From Lama guanicoe (Eukaryota), in NCBI GenBank assembly GCA_013239625.1, contig MU053810.1, forward strand, positions 4,620,071 to 4,684,070: DNA of 64,000 nucleotides, in the 5' to 3' direction. The notes beneath the pieces were generated by a model. That model made no database searches. It was not told the DNA's origin and saw only the letters and a program-made list of their open reading frames with translations. Below, one piece after another: positions 47,785-57,680 of the stretch; positions within the stretch are counted from its first letter, which is position 1, and each line of letters opens with the position of its first letter. A program made the position numbers and the translations under genes.

Positions 47785-47930
47785 AGGAGATAGGATTTCC
47801 CACTGGCTCCGCCACTTGTTACCTGGTGACTGTAGACAAGGCATTTAACTTTGGTTCCAATCTCTTAAGTGTGGGGGCTGCACTGGATGGCCTGGAAATT
47901 CCTTTTAGTGTCAACATTCTGGGACTCTGA
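47785..47930 (+). mobile_element. MIR SINE fragment
   Basis: CTGGCTCCGCCACTTGTTACCTGGTGACTGTAGACAAGGCATTTAAC. Confidence 0.6.
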
Positions 47931-48269
47931 AATAAAGCTAGCTGCTTAGAGTGAAAATATCCTTATTTGTTCCAAAAAATCACCCTTTATAATAATTAAC
48001 GTTGTTTGAAGGGAGCGCTGATACACAGATCTTGCACAAATAATTAAAATTTGAAGAAGTCTACGAGACTGTTTCTGTGGCATGAAATAACGCTCCAAGC
48101 ATAGCGCGGTGGCCTGTTCCAGCAGTTAGCTTGTTTTTGAGAAGCACAACCCACTGTAGATGTCAGAGCAGCCTTTGAGCTCTGGGTACAAATGTGTACA
48201 AGGCCACAATCACAGAGAACAAGCATCACCGACATCTGGAATTTAGCCATAAATTCATCCCAAAAGTTG

Positions 48270-48475
48270 TGAGTTTGGGATGAGCAGATACTACTGTACA
48301 CAGAGTAGATAAACAGCAAAGACCTACTGTATAGCCAGGGACCTGTACTCAGTAGCTTGTAATAACCTATCATGAAAAAGAATATGTGTGTATGACTGAA
48401 TCACTATGCCAGACCCCAGGAACTAACACAACGTTGTAAATCAACTGTACTTCAGTTTAAAATATGAAATGAATG
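48270..48475 (+). mobile_element. Short cetartiodactyl L1 3' end
   Basis: GAGTTTGGGATGAGCAGATAC...GATAAACAGCAAAGACCTACTGTATAGC...AACTAACACAACGTTGTAAATCAACTGTACTTCAG. Confidence 0.85.
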
Positions 48476-48602
48476 TTTGTCACTAATCCTAAGCATTTCA
48501 GTTAGAGAGACACCTGCCAATTTAGTGGGAGACTGTGACAACGGAAAGATGGCAGCTGACAGCAGAAAGATGATTAATTTTTTAATCAAAAATTTAGATT
48601 AA

Positions 48603-51535
48603 GTCACTGCGGCGTGGTCGGACTCGGCGCATCCAGGTGCCCAGGGCGGATGGCCGAACCCAGAACTGGAGGGGAAGAGGAGAGGTCGATGGGCCAGAAC
48701 GTCTGGGTCCAGCATTGCAGTTGGCACTTGATATCCACGTCCATGGAAGGATGAAACTGCTGGGAGGCCAAGTAGGCTGCCCCAGGCTGGCCAGTTGCGG
48801 GATGAGGCGGCTGGGGCGTGGATCTCCCTGTCTGGGTAGGGTTTAGAGGGTGGAGGCTGTCACCCTAGCCTGGGGAGTGAGGCTTGCCACCAGGGAAGGA
48901 GCTGGGCTCCACCACCGAGCTACCTGCTTGGCCCGGGAGGGGCGGAGGCTGTGAACCTCCGGACCGCTCCCTCTCGTACCTCCCCTCCTCAGCCCTCGCA
49001 GCCAGTCTGGGGAGGCAGCATGGAGGGGGAGGGCTGTTTGGCCAGGGAACCTGGAGTGCAGGGTTCCGGGGGATACAGAATGTGGGCTGCACTTGCAGAT
49101 GGAGGAGAGCTCCAGCCACGCCAAGGTTCTGGATCTGCCATCAGTTAGGAGCTCAGCCATGTGGGCCCCCAGCCGCCATCACCTCTGTCTGACCTTCCTA
49201 CTGGTCTGTGTTTCTGCTGCAACCCTCTTCTTCCACATCCACCGAGACCTCTTTCACAATGGCTTGGACCTGTCTGCCTTGTGTCCAGACCATAACCTGG
49301 TGACATCCCCTGTGGCCATCTTCTGCCTGTCGGGCACGCCTGTGAACCCCAACACCTCCATTTCCTGTCCCAAGCATCCAGCCTCGTCCTCGGGAACCTG
49401 GACTATCTACCCAGACAGTCGGTTCGGGAACCAGGTGGGGTAGTATGCCACGCTGCTGGCCCTGGCCCAGCTCGATGGCTGCCAGGCCTTCATCCAGCCC
49501 ACTATGCACGCTGCCTTGGCCTCCGTGTTCTGCATCACCCTGCCCGTGCTGGCGCCCGAGGTGGACCACCACACGCCTTGGCGGGAGCTCGAGCAGCACA
49601 ACTGGGTGTTGGAGGAGTACGCCCGCTTGGAGGAGCCTTGGCTGAAGCTCACCGGCTTCCCCTGCCCCTGGACCTTCTTCCACTATCTCCGGGAACAGAT
49701 CGGCCACAAGTTCACCCTGCACGACCACCTCAGGCAAAAGGCCCAGTGTTTACTGAGTCAGCTCCGCCTGCGATGCACCGGGAAGCGCCCGAACACCTTC
49801 GTGGGTGTGACTATCTGGAGGTGATGCCCCACCACTGGAAGGGTGTGGTGGGAGATCACGCTTACCTCCAGCAGGCTATGGACTGGTTCCGGGCCGGCAT
49901 GAAGCCCCCATCTTTGTGGTCACCAGCAACAGCATAGGGTGGTGCCAGAAAAATATTGACACCTCCCGGGGGGATGTGATCTTTGCTGGGGGTGGGCAGG
50001 AGGATGCCCCCAGTAAGGACTTCGCTCTCCTCGTTCAGTGCAACCACACCATCATGACTATTGGCACCTTTGGCTTCTGGGCCGCCTACCTGGCTGGTGG
50101 AGACACTGTCTACCTGGCCAACTTCACCCTGCCTGACTCCAAATTCCTGAAAATCTTTAAACCTGAGGCTGCCTTCCTGCCTGAGTGGGTGGGCATTAAT
50201 GCAGACTTGTCTCCACTCCAGATGTAGGCTGGGCAGCAGGGAAACTTTCTGGAATAGCCTGACCAACTTGGAACCAGTATTATATGCCTCTGGAAGCCTA
50301 GTAGCTCCTGGAGGAGCTTGTGGTCCTGCAGCAGGTGGGCATCCATTTCGAGAGTGATTCTAGTTGGCTAGACTTTGAGGGGAAAAAAAAAAAAAAAGAA
50401 AGGTTCTTTCTGTAACTGCCTAAACATTCTAGAACCAGCATATCTTTTCATGATGGCTGGCAATGTCTGGAGAAGCTCATGGCAGTTCTAGAGGCCATAG
50501 TACCTACCTGTTCTTCTCAGTCCTTATCCAGAGTACTTCTAGATGGCTGCCACCCCCAGGAACAAAGAACTGCCCACTCCAGTGTTTGACCAGCCTAGTC
50601 TTTTCTAGAAGGGATATTTCTCCTCCCCTGGGTCATCAGGACTGAAGAAACTCGTGGATACTCTACAGCAAGCGTTTACCAACTCCCCTTCAGTGTTTCT
50701 GGAGTGATTTTAGAGGCGGGATTTGCATTAAAGAGAGTCAAGTCTAATGCCTGTTAAGAACTTGCGGAGCCCTTTCAGACGGGATGGGATTCTGGAATTA
50801 CAGATAACCTTGGCAAAGAAGCTAATGAAGTTACAACCAGGGGTGCAGCACCTCACCGCTTTTAGAAGGTGATGGAAGGTAAACGGTCTGTAGCTGGGAA
50901 AGTTTGTGAACAGAGTGAAACTGGACCCAAATTCTCAGCCCCTGAAAAAACCACAGATCTGCTAAAATGTAGGAGGCGGGGAAAGGGAGAGTGGCAGCCT
51001 AAGGGGCAAGGCTCTCCAGAAATCAAGGGGCTTTTTTTTAAACCCCCAAACTGTCAAAGGTAGGCATGTCTCTCCCAATTAAGGATGTTTTCTCCTCTTT
51101 AGTGAGGCTGCTGGAGATGATGAGGTCAATTTACTGATAGCCAGCTGGCATAAGGGTACCCTCTGGGCTTGCAGAAAGCTGCAGGTACTGTGCTCTTTGC
51201 CAACCACTATCTACCTCTGAATTTCCAGAACCACTGAATCTGGCTTCAGGCAAGTCAGAAATGAAAAGACCAGGATGTATACAGACCCCAGACTGGGCTC
51301 CCACTCAGGGAGGAGCACAGGATCTGGCCAAAGAGGATGTGATCTTGATTCAGATTTCAGGCCCCCCTTGAGGCTTTTTGAAGGGAGTGGAGGTAGATGC
51401 TTTTATTACAGAGTTGTCTGAGAATTGAAGCTCTTCTCTAGTTTTCTCAGGGAGCTTTGGGGGACCATTCTCTATTCAGCTGGCATAGGTGGGAGAGGAG
51501 GAGGTATGGATTAAAAGTCCACACCACCAAAAAAA
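48603..51535 (+). pseudogene. FUT1: Processed pseudogene (retrocopy) of galactoside alpha-1,2-fucosyltransferase 1 (H blood-group enzyme, GT11); disrupted CDS 49159-50227
   Basis: [18 protein letters not shown]...[17 protein letters not shown] and [62 protein letters not shown] match FUT1, with a FUT1-type N-terminus rather than FUT2/SEC1. Premature TAG 49441-49443, frameshifting deletion near 49808, 1-nt frameshift near 49897. ATTAAA at 51510-51515, poly(A) from 51529. TSD AAAAATTTAGATTAA (48588-48602) / AAAAAATTAGATTAA (51536-51550). Confidence 0.93.
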
Positions 51536-51554
51536 AAAAAATTAGATTAAATGT

Positions 51555-52990
51555 AATAACAGATCCATGGTAAAAATCTTCAAATCATACATTAAGCCAT
51601 GTGTACACTCACACAATTAAAAGCTTCTACCCTCAATTCCCAGTCCCTTTTTCTAAAAGTAAACATTGTTAATAGTATCTTGTTGGTCGTTTCTAAAGAT
51701 AGCATGTGCGTCTCCTATTACCTACAGGCATAACTTCTTTTTATATTTACATAAGTTGTCATAATGTATGACTTTTCTATACCTTGTTTCTTAATGATGA
51801 ATTTTAAGATACCCCACATCAGGTGATACAGAATTAACTCATTTGTTTGTTTCTTTGAACATCTTTATTGAGATGTAATTTGTATATCATACAATATGTT
51901 GATTTTATTTATGCAGTTCAATGTTGTTTAGTATATTCAGACTTGTCTAATGGAGAATCAACTCATTTTTTGGTCTAGATTATTTTCTGCAGTATAGATG
52001 ATCATATTAGAATCGATCTCCCCTGCAAATTCAATGATCATTTCTCTGTTTCCACTTCTCTCAACCTGCAACACCTGTATTTCACTTCTTGTTTTCATTC
52101 TGTTCCTGTATCTGGGTATCCCCCTCCACCCAGCTATTCTATGGGGTAAATTCCTCAAAGCGGAACTGATTGTTCAAGACATTTACAAGTTTTACCAGGA
52201 AGACTGAAACAATGTAACTCTTCCTGCAACATACAAGAATGCTGTTTTCTCTATTGTTGCTACCCTGGATATCAAATTTGTAAAATATTTTGGAAATCTA
52301 GTAAGTGGGAAAAAAAGACATTCATTGTTCTGATTTATCTTTTAAAATTAAACAGTGTTGAGGTTTATTTTCCTATTATATTAATTAGTTTATTTGTGTA
52401 TGTGTATAAGGTTCCAGTTTGTGGTTTTTCCCATTTTTAATTGGATGGTGACTCTTTCTCATATTGATTTGCAAGATGGAGTCATAAATTAAAGAATTAA
52501 CTTTCTATCATTCTTGTTGCAAATATTTTTCCAGTCTGTCTTTGGATGTTGTTTGTGGAAATGTTTTTCCCTAGAAATTTAAAATTTTCATGTACTCAAA
52601 TTTAGAAAGCTCTTGTTTCATATGTCTGCCTTTAGAGTTGAGTTTTTAGGAAAGACTTCCCTGTTCCAATATTACATATTAACAATCATGTGTGTTTTAT
52701 TCTAATACCTGTACTTAGAGTTTAACTTTCTTAGGTTGTAATATTTGACCCTTCTGAAGTTTCTTTTGAGGTAAGAAGTTTGATAGGGGTACAGCTTTCT
52801 TTCTTTTTCCAAGTGGCTGATAAGTGGAGCCACTACCACTGACTGTATAATTATCCTTTCCCCCACTGATTCAAAATACCACCTTGTAAGATCCAGATTC
52901 TGCTTGCTTTTGAGTCCATTCCTGAGCTCCGTGTTTGGTCCCACTGAACTGTTTTTTTTTTTTTTCTTCTCCGATGCCAGTGTGTTTGAG
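51555..52990 (-). mobile_element. Ancient L1 (L1ME/L1M) fragments
   Basis: Reverse L1-like T-rich segments (TTGTTGCAAATATTTTTCCAGTCTG, GAGATGTAATTTGTATATCATACAA, CTTTCCCCCACTGATTCAAAATACCACC). Several pieces are merged here. Confidence 0.65.
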
Positions 52991-54013
52991 ATGCTGTATT
53001 TTCAGATATGAGTCAAGCAAGAAGAAGGTTAGCCATCATTCTGCTCGATTCACAGGCTCACTGTCTTAAGACTACTTAATGAAGGGTCCTCTGTTTTCCA
53101 TTTTCACTATTAACATCAGAACGAATGTTCACGGTGACATCGTATCATCCAAAAAGAATTAACTTTTTGCTGTGATATCGAAGCTTAAGAAAATGGAACA
53201 TATGCCAAATTAAAAATAAGTAAGATTTTTTTTAAAGCAGCTAAAAGAGGTATTTTTAAAATCTTATCTGGAAATCTTGCTTTGGTGGCAGTATTCCATA
53301 AATAGACATTACTGTAACTATTCACCCATTTGTAGCTCAGCCAGAAAAGTATTAGTATTTCTTGCACCACGTCTTTTAGTGTGTGGCACATCAAATAGAG
53401 TTATGGGTTGTCCTGACCTGATTGATTTCATATAAAGGTCTTTTTTGGCAACGGTGGGGACCTAGTCACTCTCCGAGGTAAATCTTGCAGAGCAGAAAGT
53501 TGAGGTTTTGGGGTAGATTCCAAGAGTCAGTTCTGATCTTACTGTTGGGGAATGTGGAAACCTAACGCTTTCCTTTCCTTAATGTGCACAGTGAAGGATC
53601 TTTTCTCCCCCTGAGCTAATTAAGTGTTTTCTAAAAGAGTCTGAACTTTTAATGATGGGAATGTAACTTTTAACTTTCTACTTTACACAGATCTGTACTT
53701 AAACATGGCCAGAGAACCGTCCCTGCTTTAAAATCTCCTTATTTGTACATGTTATAGTTCAAAGGCGAGACCTTACCATTTATGTGGAGAGAAAATAAAT
53801 GAGATTTCTTTCTATCTGTCTTCCATATGGTTAGGGGTAGGATTGTATCTGGTATCTACTTTGAGTTAAAACAGACGGTGGATTCAATGAATCGCTGTAA
53901 CGAAGCCTTGATCTCATCTCAGAATCAACCCTGCGGACTCTCTCAGAGAATCTGATATCAGCTGTCCAGGCTGATCAGTCTTCATCTCAATGGGCAGTTT
54001 GATTGCTTCTTTT

Positions 54014-54170
54014 TTGAATTAATTTTTAAAGTCGAAGTAGAGTCAGTTTACAATGCTGTGTTAGTTTCAGGTGCACAGCACAGTGATTCAGTTAAACATA
54101 CACACAGATATATTCTTTTTCAGACTCTTTTCCATTATAGGTTATTACAACATATTGAATCTAGTTCCCT
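54014..54170 (-). mobile_element. Short cetartiodactyl L1 3' end
   Basis: GAAGTAGAGTCAGTTTACAATGCTGTGTTAGTTTCAGGTGCACAGCACAGTGATTCAG. TSD GATTGCTTCTTTT (54001-54013) / GATTGTGTCTTTT (54171-54183). Confidence 0.88.
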
Positions 54171-54864
54171 GATTGTGTCTTTTCCATGAAACAAACATGG
54201 GTACTTCTTAATCCCAGACCCGTCAGAGAAGCAGTGTAGGTGAGACACCAAAATAGTGATTTCTTCATGGACAATTAGCACTGAAAATGAATGCTTGTGT
54301 GTTCCTTCAATACACAAGAAACGTCTGAAAAGCTGCGGCAGATGGCACGTGAGGGACAGTGGTAGTGCTTGGCTTGAGTTTCCCTCAGCCCTGCACGGAG
54401 CTGCCCACTGGGTACAAATACACCAGTGTTTGCTGGTACATTACACTCTACCCCAGTAAGAAGGGCAGCGTAGACTGGCCACCGGATAATGCAACCTATA
54501 CAGGGAGTATCTGTATATAGCCCAGCATTTGCGTAAGAGCGTGGTCAACTATCTCAAGGAATCAAAAGATTGGGGAAATGCCAAAGGACCATCAGGCCAA
54601 ATGAATATGACTAAGATCTTCATTCAAACTTGATTGAGTCCAGAGCCGTTCCCCTCTGGAGAGAGCCATCCAGGTACAACTTAGCTTTGACTAAACACAC
54701 AAAGAGTTGCCCCCCCATCACAGATGATACACTAGGAATAATTTGCCCTTTGAGCCCTCCTTATATATTTAGAGACTTTGTAGAGAACTCGGGCTGGGGG
54801 TTATCCTTTCTTGTTCACTTTTTTCCTCTCATTTTATTTATTTTGACAGTTGACAGAATTGTAT

Positions 54865-55310
54865 TATTTTTCAAAATACTTAATTGTGGTGAAGTGCACG
54901 TAACACAAAATTTTGCCATCTTAACCATCTTCAAGTGTACAGTTCAATAGTGTTAAGTATATTTATAGTGTTAGCTGATCGCCGAGATGTTTTCATCTTG
55001 TAAAACTGAAACGCTCTACCCTTTAAACAACAATTCCCCAACCCTCCCTCCCTCCCCAGTTCCTGGCAAACACTGTTCTCCTCTCCGTCTCTGTGACCTG
55101 ACTACTCTAAGCGCCTCACAGAAGTGGAGTCATACAGTATTTGTCTTTTTGTGCCTGGCTTTTTATTTCACTGAGCATAATGTCGTGAGTGTTCATCTGT
55201 CTTGGAGCGTGTGTTGGAATTTCCTTCTTTTGGAGGCTGAATGATGTTCCATTGTGTGTGTAGAGCACATCTTGTTTGTCCATTTTTCTGCCAGTGAGCA
55301 TTCAGGTTCT
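54865..55310 (-). mobile_element. L1MB-like 3' fragment
   Basis: CACAAAATTTTGCCATCTTAACCATCTTCAAGTGTACAGTTCA... and ORF 55116-55301(-) ..DIMLSEIKSQAQKDKYCMTPL, the ORF2 terminus. Confidence 0.88.
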
Positions 55311-56734
55311 GTTCGCTTTTAATCAATAAAATACACCCACACTGCCATTATCCTTGTGACTGTGTCTCAGCCAAATCGTTTTAGAATCTCAAGAGGTTTC
55401 CTTTAGTTAGACATTTATTGTCAGTAACGGTGAGCTGGCTTAGTAAGTGTTCAGGCACATAACAGTAGTCCAAACAATGGCTTTAGAAATAAGTTACTGC
55501 AACTGCTCACTAGTCTGGAGACCTCAAATCTTCCCCATGTCAAGTTCAGGCAGCCACAGGAGCCACAAGGAAGTCGAAGGATGAAGGTGGCAGCCATTTG
55601 GTGAGAGATGCTTACTTTCTTAAATTGACTTCCCTCTACCCGGCATCCAGGAAGGTGTGTTTTCCATGTTTTCAGACCTCTAAGCCCGAGGTGTGGTTTA
55701 TTTGAGGTTTATTTCCTCAAAGACACAGGACGTGATCTTTCTCACCAGACGCTCTGGGAGGCTCCAGTAGGTAAGTGCTCTAAGGTCTGGAAAATGGGAG
55801 GAAGGGGCCACTGAGACTATTTCACATCCTCTGCCCTGGGGTACTTTCCTTACTCAACACTTTCCTCACATTTCTCAGGGGAAGAAAGACGTGGAAACTT
55901 GGTACATTTATTTTTTACAGACGTGCCAGCTTTGGCCACTCGGCGCTGAGTGAGCGGGAGATTAATGATTGGGGTTATGCCATGGAAAAAGCCATAAGTC
56001 GTTACATCATAATTTTTGTTTTTGAAATATTTTGTTTTCATAGCTGGAGGTTACTCTTTTAGCATGGGGGGAGGGAGAATGAAAAAAATTGTAGTAGAAT
56101 AAAAGAGAGTACTAATTTTTAAAAAACCAAAATACAGAGTACACACACACAAAAAGATACTCAAATTCCACGTCAGTTTTGTGAAGAGATGCTGAATTTC
56201 CTAAATTCAGATGGGACGGGACCCCTCTGTGTATGCCGTTTGCATATCCTTACCTTTAGAACGTTACTATAAGACTAAGAGCTAATTACTCACCCAGTGA
56301 ACGTAGGGTACGATTCTTCGTATCCCAGAAGGATTACCAGTAAACTTACTTCCCAAAGAGACGTGACTCTAGTTCATTTCAGCATTGACATAACAGACTC
56401 AAGGTATTTGACAGCTATATAATAAAAGTAAAATTTTAATGGTAAAAATTTAATGAAGATAAATTACAAATGAAATTAAAAGCACTGGCGTAATCCTAAT
56501 AATTAAGTATTTAAGAAACGAAAACTCTAATTCCATTAAAATTTCTTTGACTTCTAGGCAACTTTGGGGGAACATACCTGCTATAAAACCTGATATACAA
56601 GCAGCTAGAAATGTGTAGGTGCATTTGCATGGCTGTTGCTTGTGGATGGCAGTGGCTTTAGAACAGTGGAGCAAATGGGCATATTTATTGGCCTTGACTA
56701 TATGCTCACAGCAAGTATCTCTTTTCTTTTTATT

Positions 56735-56875
56735 CTGTATTTATAAAAGTATAAATACTCTTAGTTATATGAGTATATATTTATTTACATAAGCATAAAT
56801 ATTTCTATGAGCTTATATAAGTATATCTTATTTATATGAGTGTGCATATATATGTATCTTATTTATATAAGGATA
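56735..56875. repeat. Degenerate AT-rich minisatellite (unit close to TATATCTTATTTATATGAG)
   Basis: Several imperfect copies of CTTA(G/T)TTATAT(G/A)AG. Confidence 0.65.
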
Positions 56876-57469
56876 TCAGAGATCTTTTAAAATTATCTTA
56901 TATTTTTGATAAAAATTAGCTAAGATAAGGAGAAGTTATGACTTTCTTTTTAATAAACAATGAGTGAGATCTTGGAGAGAAAGAAGAAATATCATATACA
57001 GGTCAGGAAAGCCATCTCTTGTTTGTTCCAAAGGAATTTTGTAGATACTGGAAACTAGAAATCCAAGTGAAGGATAGAATCTCTTATCTCAAGAATAAGG
57101 AGGCCACATCCTCACACCCATTCCTTGAGCAGTGAGTTCAGTGAAAAGCAGTGACTCTGGGAGAAACATGGGGCCCCAGCAAAGAGGAGATGATGCTCTG
57201 AGTGAGTCCCAGCTCCCCTGGTGTAGACCCAAGCACGCAGTGAGCCGGGCTCTAATGTTTCTCCAGGGGGTTACATTCATGATCAACGGATTCATGTTCA
57301 CTTAGTGACTTTGTGAAGAACGTGTAACCTTGGACATTTGGAAGGAAAAGGAAAATGACCGCTGGAATCAGCCACTGTGTAATAAAGAGAATACCCACCT
57401 AGCCTGGGGCTCCCCTACCATCTGTGTGTATTCTAGCAGGACTGTTTGATAAGAGGTTGGAGAATGAGT

Positions 57470-57680
57470 GAAGCAAAGTATTTGTTGAGCATGGACTGTG
57501 TGCCAGGCACAGAAGTGGTTTTTCATTTACTCCTCGCTGAAACTTTGGATAAGCTACCTTGGTGGTATTCCCATTTTGCAGAGGAGAAGACTGAGGCTCA
57601 GCCAGGCTGTTATTTGGTGGATAATATCTATGTCTAGCTTAGTCTGCTTCCAAGCCGTTGCCCTTTCTCAAACACCCTCC
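57470..57680 (-). mobile_element. MIR SINE
   Basis: TATTTGTTGAGCATGGACTGTGTGCCAGGCAC...ATTCCCATTTTGCAGAGGAGAAGACTGAGGCTCAG. Confidence 0.75.

Noticed and set aside
49198..49737. 179-aa - strand ORF
   Set aside because: Antisense shadow of the FUT1 pseudogene.
49159..50227. Functional FUT1, FUT2 or SEC1 gene
   Set aside because: Premature stop, two frameshifts and loss of the HVRRGD motif. TSD plus poly(A) indicate a retrocopy, and the N-terminus is FUT1-type.
50382..50402. A-run as the FUT1 retrocopy poly(A) tail
   Set aside because: No upstream poly(A) signal and no TSD after it; the true end is at 51529-51550.
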